The notes beneath the pieces were generated by a model. The model was given only the letters and a program-made list of their open reading frames with translations. It searched no databases and was not told the DNA's origin. From Waterburya sp. (GTDB taxonomy: Bacteria; Cyanobacteriota; Cyanobacteriia; Cyanobacteriales; Xenococcaceae), in assembly GCA_965217895.1 (NCBI GenBank), contig CBDCJV010000002.1:2784001-2848000 (forward strand): a stretch of DNA of 64,000 bases. Reading direction: 5' to 3'. Both the position numbers and the translations under genes were made by a program. This document shows, in pieces, positions 1-10,427 of this stretch (its first letter is position 1; each line of letters starts with the position of its first letter).

Positions 1-2
1 TG

Positions 3-1286
3 TTATTGCTCGACAAACACCCATAGGGTAGAAGCGATCGCAGCTATTAAGATCAAGCTCCAAACCACAAACAATATGGGAATAAATTTGTTTAGTGAGG
101 AATTATTTCCTAGCTTATCTTGATACCGAAACGGTAGTAAATCCCAGATGACTTTACGATTTGGTTCGTCTATTTGCCATTTCTGCTCTACTTTTGATAT
201 TTGAAAGTGGGGTTTAGAGTCAAGCATATAAGAGATGTTATACATTCTTTGGACAAGACGAAACCTAGAGCCAACGCCCAGTTCTTGCTGATTTGCTTCC
301 AATCCGTAGGGCAGAACTATTGATGTAAACTGAATTAATATCGCCATAACAACTATAATTTTGGCGATCGCGCTCAACAAAATTTTGGCGGGGGCTGTAC
401 TTTTGGTGATTCTTTTGGTAGCACCTATAATCAAAATGGGGATTAAAGGGATGAGCAACAAATGAATCGAGGTTATACGATACCTTGCCCCCCATTCTCC
501 TTGTTTTATCCACTCAGAAGTCCAGGAATAGATATACAAGTGCAGCAAAAAACTAACTGATATAGTTACTACATACCATCTAATATATTGAGACAAAGAT
601 TTCCAGCAGACAAACAATAGAATTAAGCATGGTAGTAATAAGGGATCGTAAATGAAAATACTTTTTTCTGGAGAAAATAGTGGTGCTAACAATCCCTCTG
701 GTTGGACTTTCGCCAGTAGCTTGAGAAAGGAAAAACCCTTGTTATCTCCTTGGGCGATCGCATTTGGGTCAATTAAACTATTTGCTCTGGCGTACACTTG
801 CAGATGAAGCGAAGTACTGGTTGCTACCCAGCTACCGTAACGGTAATAGGTTAGTATTCTTTCTAATAAAACGAAAGGAATAAAGCCAGTCATCCACAAA
901 GCTATCGATCTTAGAGATTGGGATACGGGTTTAAACTTATATTGACGAGCAACGCAGCCGATCATAAACATAAGTACGCCAACAGCGTATAGAATACTAG
1001 TAATTCTAGTTAAAAAAGCTATTCCCAAGGCTATTCCACTCAAGATCGCTAATCTTTTTTGGGCTTTGATGGCGTAAGCTAGAGCAGTTTGGTAGCTAAT
1101 TAAGACAAATAATAGTATTTGATTATTTTGTTGGTGGAAACTTGAGTAGAACAATACGCTAGTTCCAAGAAGCCAAACGATACTAGATAGTCCAGCAATT
1201 TTTTCTGAATAATTTAATAACTTTAAAAATCGAAAATAGGTAAGGTTGACGTTAGGGTACATCATCATAAAAACCGAACAGAGCAT
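3..1286 (-). CDS. Polytopic membrane protein, GT-C/mannosyltransferase-like; probably 5'-truncated
   Basis: Many TM segments with motifs AFLTR, LFSPEKSIFIYDP and WGARY; begins abruptly and lacks the N-terminal region I recall in homologs. Confidence 0.55.
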   Translation of the reverse strand: MLCSVFMMMYPNVNLTYFRFLKLLNYSEKIAGLSSIVWLLGTSVLFYSSFHQQNNQILLFVLISYQTALAYAIKAQKRLAILSGIALGIAFLTRITSILYAVGVLMFMIGCVARQYKFKPVSQSLRSIALWMTGFIPFVLLERILTYYRYGSWVATSTSLHLQVYARANSLIDPNAIAQGDNKGFSFLKLLAKVQPEGLLAPLFSPEKSIFIYDPLLLPCLILLFVCWKSLSQYIRWYVVTISVSFLLHLYIYSWTSEWIKQGEWGARYRITSIHLLLIPLIPILIIGATKRITKSTAPAKILLSAIAKIIVVMAILIQFTSIVLPYGLEANQQELGVGSRFRLVQRMYNISYMLDSKPHFQISKVEQKWQIDEPNRKVIWDLLPFRYQDKLGNNSSLNKFIPILFVVWSLILIAAIASTLWVFVEQ

Positions 1287-1899
1287 TTATTTCTATACGA
1301 AACCGAAACTTTATTCGCTTTGTTTTCAATTAAAAAAACAATTTTGATTAAATTACAAATTATCCCATTTAATTAAAATTAATACTGTATAAAAAGTAGC
1401 CAACATAGTAATCTTTTACTTACATCTTCAAACAGAAGAAACAAAAAATTACTTAAGATTTAGTTTTTCCTTAATATTTAAGTTTAATGCGAAAACATGA
1501 AATGAGTAACTTAAAAATACTCAATTTCACATAAACTTTATTTTATGCGGATAAAGCGGCTTCTTCTATAAAAGTTACATAAACTCAAGGCAACATAACT
1601 TACGAATCTATTTTTTGAACCTATAATTTAATTACTGCCAAAGTGTGAAAATACTTAGTTGGATGGTAAGATTAACATCATGATAATATCAAAAACATTA
1701 TTTACAAATGTCAGCAAGTTGGAATAAAGGCAGTTTCAACGTCTAAAAGACATTAATATCCAACGCTTATCAAATTATTTACCAGATCGCCAATCATCAT
1801 ATTTGCCTTAAAGGTTTTCTTGCCAAATTAATGATTGCCACTAAAAACAAGTCAGACATATTCATAATACAGTATAGAAATTATTTGCAGGCAATCATT

Positions 1900-3357
1900 A
1901 TGAATCAAATCCCCACAGTTGTTATTGGTGGTGGTCCTGCTGGTCTAACTGCTGCTTATGAACTAAGTAAGCACGGCAAGAAATCAGTTGTGTTTGAAAA
2001 AGCAGATCGCGTTGGTGGCATATCCCGCACAGAAACCTATAAAGGCTATCGCTTTGACATTGGTGGGCATCGATTTTTTACTAAAGTTGGAGAAGTAGAA
2101 CAGCTTTGGCAAGAAGTTATGGGGGATGAATTTATCAAAGTTCCTCGCCTGTCCAGAATCTATTATAAGAGCAAGTTCTTCAATTACCCTTTAGAACCTT
2201 ACAATGCCTTATCTAATTTAGGTCTAATCAATAGCACCCTAATTATGTGGAGCTATTTTAAAGCCAAAATCAAACCTAATCCCGTAGAGGATAATTTTGA
2301 GCAGTGGGTTTCTAATCGCTTTGGCAAACGCTTATTTAAAACTTTTTTTAAAACTTATACAGAAAAGGTTTGGGGTATACCCTGTACAGAAATTAGAGCA
2401 GATTGGGCAGCACAACGCATTAAAGGCTTGTCCCTTAAAAAAGCCATAACTAACGCCTTGTTTGGCAGTAATGATACTAAAACTTTAATTAAAGAATTTA
2501 ACTATCCCGTATATGGTCCTGGGCAAATGTGGGAGCGTTTTCAAGAAAAGTTAAATAGTAAAGGTTCACCCGTACATCTTAATACTGAGGTGGTTAAAAT
2601 AGAACGGGATGGTTACCGAGTCAATAGCGTTACCATTAAACAAAATGGTTCAACTAGCAAGGTTGTGGGAGAAAACTTTGTTTCTAGTATGCCTGTATCT
2701 TTATTACTAAAAAAACTCAATCCTGCACCTCCAGAAGCAGTGCTAAAAGCTGCTAACAGTCTTAAATATCGAGATTTCCTAATAGTTTCTTTAGTAGTAG
2801 ACAAAGCTGAACTATTTCCTGATAACTGGATTTATATCCATAGTCCAGAATTTAAGGTAGGCAGAATCCAAAACTTCAAAAACTGGAGTAAAGCAATGGT
2901 TCGCGATCAAAGTAAAACCTGTTTAGGAATGGAATACTTTTGTAACGAGGGTGACGAGCTATGGCAAATGTGCAACGAGCAATTAGTGGAATTAGCCAGC
3001 CGTGAAGTTAAAGCTCTAGGTCTAGTAGATCCAGAAGTTAATATTGAAGACGGTACGGTAATACGCCAGTTTAAAGCCTATCCTGTCTATGATGATGAAT
3101 ATCGTCAGAATGTGAAAATCATCCAGGAATACATTCAGAAATTTGAGAACCTACAAACGATAGGTCGCAATGGTATGCACCGTTATAATAACAGCGACCA
3201 TTCAATGTTAACTGGTTTATTAGCAGCGAAAAATATTCTGGGTGAAAAACACGATCTCTGGAATGTTAATGTTGAGCGTTCTTATCACGAAGATTTTACC
3301 AATAGCAAAGAAGCTTACTCTAAGCTGAAAAAAGAAGTTGTTGCTGTATCTAATTAA
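1900..3357 (+). CDS. FAD-dependent oxidoreductase (UDP-galactopyranose mutase/protoporphyrinogen oxidase-like)
   Basis: GGGPAG dinucleotide motif, DIGGHRFFTK, GRNGMHRYNN; likely start ATG 1900 (ORF open from 1831). Confidence 0.85.
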   Translation: MNQIPTVVIGGGPAGLTAAYELSKHGKKSVVFEKADRVGGISRTETYKGYRFDIGGHRFFTKVGEVEQLWQEVMGDEFIKVPRLSRIYYKSKFFNYPLEPYNALSNLGLINSTLIMWSYFKAKIKPNPVEDNFEQWVSNRFGKRLFKTFFKTYTEKVWGIPCTEIRADWAAQRIKGLSLKKAITNALFGSNDTKTLIKEFNYPVYGPGQMWERFQEKLNSKGSPVHLNTEVVKIERDGYRVNSVTIKQNGSTSKVVGENFVSSMPVSLLLKKLNPAPPEAVLKAANSLKYRDFLIVSLVVDKAELFPDNWIYIHSPEFKVGRIQNFKNWSKAMVRDQSKTCLGMEYFCNEGDELWQMCNEQLVELASREVKALGLVDPEVNIEDGTVIRQFKAYPVYDDEYRQNVKIIQEYIQKFENLQTIGRNGMHRYNNSDHSMLTGLLAAKNILGEKHDLWNVNVERSYHEDFTNSKEAYSKLKKEVVAVSN

Positions 3358-3428
3358 CGTTTGATATGAATTAGCTTTGTTAAAAGTTTATTGGTTGTTA
3401 GCTTTAAGCTATTAGCTATTAGCGTTTA

Positions 3429-3556
3429 ATACTAAATCCGATTGGAAAAAGTATCTTAAACATTAAGTTTGTAGTTCGTAGTCTGTGGTTTGTAGTCAGA
3501 ATTATATTACCAACTACCTAAAAGTATAAATAACCTACGCCAACAGGATTTAGTAT
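3429..3556. mobile_element. MITE-like element
   Basis: Terminal inverted repeats ATACTAAATCC(GA)TTGG / CCAA(CA)GGATTTAGTAT enclosing degenerate heptamers (TTGTAGT-like). Confidence 0.65.
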
Positions 3557-3600
3557 AAGAAGTTCTTGTTTGCAAACGGCTAGAGTAAATAATGTTTTAG

Positions 3601-3804
3601 CATTACACATTCAGTAACGCCTTAATTTTTTTGTTATCTAACCGTCAATTAGCGGTAGAAATGGGCAAAGCAGGAAGCGATCGCGCTATTAGTGAATTTA
3701 GCGAAAATACCCGTAATCAAAGGTTTTTGGAAATTTACAACCGCCTAAGAAGCAAATATGTAATTGCCAAGCCAATTATTAATGAATCATTGACCAAAAA
3801 TTAA
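3601..3804 (+). pseudogene. C-terminal remnant of a family 4 glycosyltransferase
   Basis: Frame reads FSNALIFLLSNRQLAVEMGKAGSDRAISEFS..., a typical GT4 C-terminus; in-frame TAG just upstream and no N-terminal part. Confidence 0.6.
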
Positions 3805-4073
3805 TTCTTATCTTGGATGATTCTAGTCCCTTCAGGCTTTAAGGTGAGTCAGAGCAGCTAGAATAGTAATATCAGTAAAGCAAACACGAGCATTAAAGGC
3901 GCGACGCGCCAACGTCCCAACTGTTATTAATTATTTCTGGTTAATTGCTTTGAGGAACCGTTTGCATCGATAATAAATTGCAGGTAATAATACTTGGTTT
4001 AAACAACGGCGATAAGTTTGATGACTTTTGCTAGCTTGGCGAGATCGCTCTTTTGAGGAGAATAAATTAAATA

Positions 4074-5135
4074 ATGTTGGATACACAATCGGTTTTAGAA
4101 GTATTACGTCCCGTACAAGACCCTGAGCTACAAAAAAGTCTTGTGGAGCTAAACATGATTCGTAATGTGGCGGTAGACGGGGGAAAAGTCAGCTTTACTT
4201 TAGTGTTGACCACTCCCTCTTGTCCTCTACGAGAATTTATTGTCGAAGATTGTCAAACTGCGGTCAAAACGCTTCCAGATGTAGAAACCGTAGACGTTGA
4301 AGTTACCGCAGAAACCCCCCAGCAAAAGTCGCTTCCCGATCGCACTTCTGTCCCAGGTATTAAGAATATTATTGCTATCTCTAGTGGCAAAGGTGGTGTA
4401 GGAAAAAGCTCGGTGGCAGCAAATGTAGCGGTTGCCCTGGCTGCCCAAGGCTCTAAAGTTGGTCTATTAGATGCAGACATCTATGGCCCTAATGCGCCTA
4501 ATATGTTTGGTTTAAGTAAAGCCAAAATCGCCGTTAAACAGGGCAGTAGTGGTGAGATACTCGAACCTGCATTTAATCATGGAGTTAAGCTGGTTTCTAT
4601 GGCGTTTCTGATCGACCCAGATCAGCCCGTAATTTGGCGCGGTCCGATGCTTAACGGTATTATTCGTCAGTTTCTTTATCAGGTAGAGTGGGGCGAACTT
4701 GACTACTTAATTGTGGATATGCCGCCTGGTACAGGAGATGCTCAATTAACCATGGCTCAAGCCGTACCAATGGCAGGAGCAGTAATTGTTACTACTCCTC
4801 AAACTGTATCGTTGATTGATGCCCGTCGTGGTTTGAAAATGTTCCAGCAGCTAGGAGTAAATCTACTGGGAATTGTGGAGAATATGAGCTACTTTATTCC
4901 TCCAGATATGCCTGATAAGAGTTACGATCTGTTTGGTTCAGGGGGTGGCGAAAGAACGGCCAAAGAACTAGATATTCCTTTGCTTGGCTGTGTTCCTTTA
5001 GAAATTGCCTTAAGAGAAGGAGGCGATAACGGAACGCCTATTGTAGTTGCCGATCCAGATTGCGCTTCTGCAAAAGCTCTAGTTGCGATCGCCGAACAAA
5101 TTGCTGCCAAAGTGTCTATTGCTGCTTTTGCCTAA
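4074..5135 (+). CDS. mrp: Mrp/NBP35 (ApbC) Fe-S cluster carrier ATPase
   Basis: N-terminal DUF59-like domain, SGKGGVGKS, DADIYGP, DMPPGTGD, ENMS. Confidence 0.95.
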   Translation: MLDTQSVLEVLRPVQDPELQKSLVELNMIRNVAVDGGKVSFTLVLTTPSCPLREFIVEDCQTAVKTLPDVETVDVEVTAETPQQKSLPDRTSVPGIKNIIAISSGKGGVGKSSVAANVAVALAAQGSKVGLLDADIYGPNAPNMFGLSKAKIAVKQGSSGEILEPAFNHGVKLVSMAFLIDPDQPVIWRGPMLNGIIRQFLYQVEWGELDYLIVDMPPGTGDAQLTMAQAVPMAGAVIVTTPQTVSLIDARRGLKMFQQLGVNLLGIVENMSYFIPPDMPDKSYDLFGSGGGERTAKELDIPLLGCVPLEIALREGGDNGTPIVVADPDCASAKALVAIAEQIAAKVSIAAFA

Positions 5136-5282
5136 GTTCTCAACTAAGCTTCCAATTGACAAGTAAGAGAAGTTAATAATTCTGTTACTTGTCTTTTCTA
5201 TTGGTGAGTAGATTTAGGTTAACTTTACTCAAGCTCACAATGGTAGTGTGTATTAAGAATAATTTATTTTATATATTAATTT

Positions 5283-5690
5283 ATGTCTCAGCTAGAACGG
5301 CTTATCATGATGGCAGAGGACGAGCTAACAGAATATAGTAGCGATGCTCGAAAAATAGAAAAACTACGACGCAAAATCGGTTTATCTGTACCGCCAGCAG
5401 AGCAAAAAGAAGTCAAAGCAGAATTATTAGAAGAAATGCCTAAAGGCTTTTTGGGTAAGTTGATTGAAGAACAGCGTCAGACTGTAGCCTTACCTTTTTG
5501 GGGAATTGCTGGATTAGGGCTACTATTTGGAATTTCTTTGCGTCAGCCAGTGGATTTTCTCGCTCCTGCTATTTGTATTCCTATTGCTTTTAATATTCAA
5601 AAATGGGGTTGGCAACTACAGGCAAAACGCATTTTGCTTAAAACTTTAGAAGAGATTGAAGAACAAAGCAAACAACCAATTAAAGATTAA
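5283..5690 (+). CDS. Hypothetical membrane protein
   Basis: 135-aa ORF with two hydrophobic segments. Confidence 0.7.
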   Translation: MSQLERLIMMAEDELTEYSSDARKIEKLRRKIGLSVPPAEQKEVKAELLEEMPKGFLGKLIEEQRQTVALPFWGIAGLGLLFGISLRQPVDFLAPAICIPIAFNIQKWGWQLQAKRILLKTLEEIEEQSKQPIKD

Positions 5691-5750
5691 ATAACTCCTA
5701 ACATTACAAATCAAAATTCGTCGGACGCTGATGTTAAGCACTTAAACAGC

Positions 5751-6356
5751 CTACTCACTTTTGATCACTATGTGTTTTTCCCCATCAATGTAAACTAATT
5801 CTTGACGTTGAAAATCTCCTAGAGTTCTGGTCACTGTAACTCTTGTAGTATTAATAGCTTCTGCCAGGTGCTGATGAGTAAAACGCACCTGTAAACGAAC
5901 ACCATCGCTCACGGGTTGCCCAATTTCTTGCTTCATCAATAACAACAAATTTTTTAAGCGATCTTCAACTTTTTTAATGGCGATAATTGCTAATAGCTGC
6001 TGCGACTTGATCAGGCGATCGCTAAATTGAGTCAAAAATTGTCGTCCTAGCTGAGGATATCTGCCGATATCTTGAGCCACATAACGTTTGGCATAAACAT
6101 CTCCCAAGGCAACAGCGCGATAGGAAATAAGTGAATCATCTAAACCACCGAAAACACCATTTGATGTTACCCAGCCGACAACTACTTCGGTGCCATCTAA
6201 CTGAACACGGCTTAACTGCACCACGCCTCGATAAACCTGCCAAATTGCTAAATCTAGAGTAACGATTTCGTCTCCTCTTTCATATCTTTGTAAAGGTAAT
6301 TCCTCAACGCTTTTTCCTAGATATAGTTTAGAGCTTGGCTTGTGACTCAGAAACAT
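5751..6356 (-). CDS. Crp/Fnr family transcriptional regulator
   Basis: cNMP-binding-like N-terminus; HTH FTHQHLAEAINTTRVTVTR. Confidence 0.9.
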   Translation of the reverse strand: MFLSHKPSSKLYLGKSVEELPLQRYERGDEIVTLDLAIWQVYRGVVQLSRVQLDGTEVVVGWVTSNGVFGGLDDSLISYRAVALGDVYAKRYVAQDIGRYPQLGRQFLTQFSDRLIKSQQLLAIIAIKKVEDRLKNLLLLMKQEIGQPVSDGVRLQVRFTHQHLAEAINTTRVTVTRTLGDFQRQELVYIDGEKHIVIKSE

Positions 6357-6446
6357 AATTTGATGGGTTATTATTACGTGAATATACTAACTTATAACTT
6401 ATTTTTTAATATAAGTTAGAAAAGTAAACAGAGAATGAGGATAGGG

Positions 6447-6977
6447 TTAAGCTTTGGATATGTCTAAAGGCTTTTGATACTTTTTTTTCAAGGAAATTAA
6501 AAACTGCATCCAAGCGATAGCAGGAAGATGGAAAAAAGTAAAAATATCTCCATAAGCTAAATTAACATTTTGATGATGCTGCCAATGTCGTTCTGGAGTA
6601 GTAATAAAACATAATTGACAGCAAAAGGCGATCGCCTTGGGAGTTTGCCAATTGATAATAGAAACGTGTCGCCAAATAACGTGTAATTCACCCAAAATAA
6701 GTCCAATAGCCGTACCAATTGGCGATATTTGCCAACCAAAAGGTATAAAAATAAAGTATGGCAATGCTCCCAAAAAGCCATCGACAATTACCAAGGGATT
6801 TCTGCTCAAAACTGCGTAATGGAAAAAACTACGATTTTTGCCATGATGAACTATGGTGTGAATTTTACCAAAAACGTGTTCTGGTACATGATAAGCAAAA
6901 GTAGATAGGAAATCTCCTATGAGGAGCAATAATCCTGCAACGGCAACAATTTTAATTAATAACAAAGCTAACTCCAT
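6447..6977 (-). CDS. Sterol desaturase/fatty acid hydroxylase family protein
   Basis: His boxes YHVPEH, HTIVHH, HWQHH; membrane segments. Confidence 0.8.
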   Translation of the reverse strand: MELALLLIKIVAVAGLLLLIGDFLSTFAYHVPEHVFGKIHTIVHHGKNRSFFHYAVLSRNPLVIVDGFLGALPYFIFIPFGWQISPIGTAIGLILGELHVIWRHVSIINWQTPKAIAFCCQLCFITTPERHWQHHQNVNLAYGDIFTFFHLPAIAWMQFLISLKKKYQKPLDISKA

Positions 6978-7051
6978 GAATACAGGAGCTAGCTTAATCT
7001 CTACAAGTTAAGGTTTTTTAAATAATAGCTTAAAGCTCTAGGTACTTAAAG

Positions 7052-7390
7052 TTAAATTGCCGTAATTCCTGTTTCTTTGGTTCTAATCCTGATAATTTGC
7101 TCGGCATTAGAAACAAAGATTTTACCATCTCCAATTTCTCCCGTACGACCAGCCAGAGATATTTGTTGCACCACCAGATCCTGCATTTCGTCTTCGACTA
7201 TGGTTTCAATTTTGACTTTGGTGGTAAAGTCAACTCGATATTCCGTACCTCTGTAACGAGTGGTTAAACCTTTTTTGTGTCCATATCCTTTAATCTCTGA
7301 GATAGTCATACCAATTACGCCTACAGAAATTAGGCTGGTTTTAACATCATCAAGTTTATGGGAATGAATAATTGCTTCAATTTTTTTCAA
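7052..7390 (-). CDS. PII family signalling protein (divergent GlnB paralog)
   Basis: TTG start at 7390 preceded by GGAG gives 112 aa; MKKIEAII, RYRGTEY, RTGEIGDGKIF, IRIRT. Confidence 0.9.
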   Translation of the reverse strand: MKKIEAIIHSHKLDDVKTSLISVGVIGMTISEIKGYGHKKGLTTRYRGTEYRVDFTTKVKIETIVEDEMQDLVVQQISLAGRTGEIGDGKIFVSNAEQIIRIRTKETGITAI

Positions 7391-7448
7391 TTTTGACTCC
7401 TGTTGTTTAGGGAGAAATTCAAGCCTGCTGACAAAACAATGATAAATG

Positions 7449-8918
7449 TTAACTGCTAAATGATTTGACGCTTTGATAAATCTTTTCGTTAGCTTTAACT
7501 GATTTAAAAAAGTCAACGACTGGGTGGGGATAATCTACACCTAAGCGTACTCCATAACGTTTTTGTTCATCCTGGCTTAGTTTCCACGGTTCACGAACTT
7601 TATCACCAGCCAGAGATGTTAATTCTGGTAGCCAGTGCTTGATATATTCTCCTTGAGGATCGTAATCTTTGGTTTGTTTAGGAATATTAAAATAGCGGAA
7701 GCCTCGTGCATCGTTGCCAACTCCTGCGGTGTAGTTCCAGTTACCCCAGTTGCTGCACACATCGTAATCAACCAAAAGTGATTCAAACCATTCTGCGCCC
7801 ATCATCCAGTTAATACCCAGATTTTTCGTTAAGAAACTAGCTACATTTTGTCTGCCTCGGTTGGACATAAAGCCTGTGGCTGCTATTTCTCTCATGTTGG
7901 CATCAATTAAAGGATAACCAGTTTTTCCCTCACGCCAGAGGTCGAAGCGTTGCCAATCTTCCTTCCAGGGTATTTCTAGCCCCTGCATTCCTGTAATTTT
8001 AAACACTTGATTGCCGTGTTTTGCCACAATAAAGCGAAAGAAATCACGCCAAATTAGTTCAAATATTAGCCAGTAGGTAGAGTTATTTTTTACTCTTTCA
8101 GCTTCGTATTCAATTACCCGATCGTTAATATAGCGTGGAGAAATACAGCCCAAAGCCAACCAGGGAGAGAATTTAGACGAATAGTTAGCACCCAACATTC
8201 CGTTGCGGGTTTCTTTATATTCTCGCAGACAATCTGATTGCCAAAAGTAGTCCTGTAAGCGTTTAATGGCTTCAGTTTCTCCGCCTTTAAATTTTAGCAC
8301 TGCTCTTTGGTCAAATTTTGGAGTTTCTAAGCCTAATTCGGCTAAGGTAGGAATATCTCCTATTTCTATTTCGGGAATGGCTGGTAACTTCTTGGGTGCA
8401 GGAATAGCCCTATTTATTTCTGCATTTTTTTCAACCTGCTTGCGAAAATTTGTATACAACTCTGGTGTCTCGTTAATCTCAAAAGGCAAATCTTCTGGTG
8501 CATATAAAGTTGCATCCCAATAAGTATTAACTTTAATTTTTTGGGCTGATAGGGCTTTTCTCAGCTTTTTCTCAACCTGTTTTTCCTCGGATGTAGCCTC
8601 TTGGCTATAGTGAACCCGATCTACATTTAGCTGTTGGGCGATCGCAGGAATGATCTCTTCTGGTAAACCTCGACGTACAATTAAGTTGCTCCCTAACTTC
8701 TGCAAAGAAGAACATAGATCGGCAACGCTTTCGACTAGAAATTGAGCGCGGAAGCTACCCGTTTTAGGAAAGCCAAAGGAAGTTTCGCCAAAGTTGCGAT
8801 CGTCAAAACAATAAACAGGAACTATTTCTGCCTGTTGTTGAACTGCCTCATCAAGAGCTAATAAGTCATGTACTCTTAAATCGTGGCGATACCAGATTAA
8901 AATACGTTGTTTGGTCAT
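7449..8918 (-). CDS. DASH family cryptochrome
   Basis: WYRHDLRVHD, YKETRNG, SSKFSPWLA, GFMSNRGRQNVASFL, DYDVCSNWGNW. Confidence 0.95.
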   Translation of the reverse strand: MTKQRILIWYRHDLRVHDLLALDEAVQQQAEIVPVYCFDDRNFGETSFGFPKTGSFRAQFLVESVADLCSSLQKLGSNLIVRRGLPEEIIPAIAQQLNVDRVHYSQEATSEEKQVEKKLRKALSAQKIKVNTYWDATLYAPEDLPFEINETPELYTNFRKQVEKNAEINRAIPAPKKLPAIPEIEIGDIPTLAELGLETPKFDQRAVLKFKGGETEAIKRLQDYFWQSDCLREYKETRNGMLGANYSSKFSPWLALGCISPRYINDRVIEYEAERVKNNSTYWLIFELIWRDFFRFIVAKHGNQVFKITGMQGLEIPWKEDWQRFDLWREGKTGYPLIDANMREIAATGFMSNRGRQNVASFLTKNLGINWMMGAEWFESLLVDYDVCSNWGNWNYTAGVGNDARGFRYFNIPKQTKDYDPQGEYIKHWLPELTSLAGDKVREPWKLSQDEQKRYGVRLGVDYPHPVVDFFKSVKANEKIYQSVKSFSS

Positions 8919-9088
8919 GAAAATACAAGCTGGAATATTATGCTACTTCTAATAATTAAAGCAATAATTGTTTTTAAATGAAGAGCAATTAAAGGCGATC
9001 GCCTTGTTCTTTGTCTATTTGGACTTTTTGACCAACTTTTAAATGATAATAAAAAAAGCCAACTTCAATTTTACTACTAAAAATTATC

Positions 9089-9373
9089 ATGTCTGAATCT
9101 ATTACCCCCTCTATTAGCGAGCGCATCTGTAAACACATGAACGAAGATCACTCTGAAGCGATCGCTCTATATGCAAAAGCCTTTGGCAATCAGCCCCAAA
9201 CAGAAATTGCTACGCTAGAATCCATCGATCCTCAAGGAATGAATATCTCGGCTCAAATTGCAGGGGAAACCGTTCCCGTCAGAGTAGAATTTGACCATAC
9301 TCTCAAAAATGCTGAAGATGCTCATCATACATTGGTAGCCATGATTAAACAGGCGCGGACAGCTTCAAATTAA
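9089..9373 (+). CDS. DUF2470 domain protein
   Basis: RICKHMNEDH motif. Confidence 0.85.
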   Translation: MSESITPSISERICKHMNEDHSEAIALYAKAFGNQPQTEIATLESIDPQGMNISAQIAGETVPVRVEFDHTLKNAEDAHHTLVAMIKQARTASN

Positions 9374-9377
9374 AGTA

Positions 9378-10427
9378 ATGAAATTAGCGGTTCAAACATT
9401 TACTGTTCACAAAAAATTTGCCTTGCAGATTAGTCGAGGGACAACGGCGCAAAGTAGCAATATTTGGTTGCGTATTCAACAAGACAATATTGAAGGATGG
9501 GGAGAAGCGTCGCCGTTCTCTATTGATAATCGGCCTCAGGATACTTCTGTCCTTGTGTCGCAATTAGAGCAGCTTATTCCATTACTAGAAACTTTTCATC
9601 CTCTACAAAGACAAGAAATCAGAGAAGAACTAGATAAATTAAAGGTTTTCTCTGGGATTCAAGCAGCCGTAGATATGGCTCTTTATGACTGGTTGGGCAA
9701 AAAAGCTGGTTTACCTCTGTGGCAAATTTGGGGTTTAAATTGCGATCGCATTGTACCTATATCTGTAACTATTGGCATCAGCACCCCAGAAGCAGCAGTT
9801 ACCAGGCTCAAAGACTGGCAAAGCACTTTAGAAGTTAAAATGATCAAGCTTAAGCTAGGAAATCCCCAAGGAATAGAGGCAGATAAGGCTATGCTGAGTG
9901 CAATTCGTCAAGCAGCACCCGAAACTAGGCTGATGGTTGATGCTAATGGTGGCTGGAGTTTTGATGATGCGGTTAAGATGTCTCACTGGTTGGCACAACA
10001 GGGAGTCGAATATATTGAACAACCTTTGCCTGTAGCAGACGATCATCTTTTAGCAGCTTTGTCAGCTAGCTCTTCCTTACCGATATTTGTCGATGAAAGT
10101 TGTTTTACCAGTGCAGACATTCTACGACTGGCAAATTCGGTGGCAGGAATTAATCTTAAAATTATGAAGACTGGAGGCTTAACGGGTGCGATGCAGGCAA
10201 TTCAAATTGCCAAAGCCTGCAATTTAAAGATTATGTTTGGCTGCTATTCAGATAGTAGCTTGGCTAATACAGCTATGGCGCAGCTTGCTCCTTGGGCAGA
10301 TTATTTAGACTTAGATAGTCATCTGAACTTAATAGATGACCCCTTCGCTGGAGCAACTATAGAATCGGGATGTTTGTTACCCAACGCTAAACCAGGATTA
10401 GGAGTAAGGTACAGTGCTGACAGCTAA
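9378..10427 (+). CDS. Dipeptide epimerase (enolase superfamily; DgcA-like)
   Basis: KLKLG, VDANGGW, EQP, DES, NLKIMKTGG, DLD. Confidence 0.9.
   Translation: MKLAVQTFTVHKKFALQISRGTTAQSSNIWLRIQQDNIEGWGEASPFSIDNRPQDTSVLVSQLEQLIPLLETFHPLQRQEIREELDKLKVFSGIQAAVDMALYDWLGKKAGLPLWQIWGLNCDRIVPISVTIGISTPEAAVTRLKDWQSTLEVKMIKLKLGNPQGIEADKAMLSAIRQAAPETRLMVDANGGWSFDDAVKMSHWLAQQGVEYIEQPLPVADDHLLAALSASSSLPIFVDESCFTSADILRLANSVAGINLKIMKTGGLTGAMQAIQIAKACNLKIMFGCYSDSSLANTAMAQLAPWADYLDLDSHLNLIDDPFAGATIESGCLLPNAKPGLGVRYSADS

Noticed and set aside
7391..7516. N-terminal extension of PII in the ORF track
   Set aside because: Overlaps cry-DASH; TTG at 7390 with an RBS gives the canonical 112 aa
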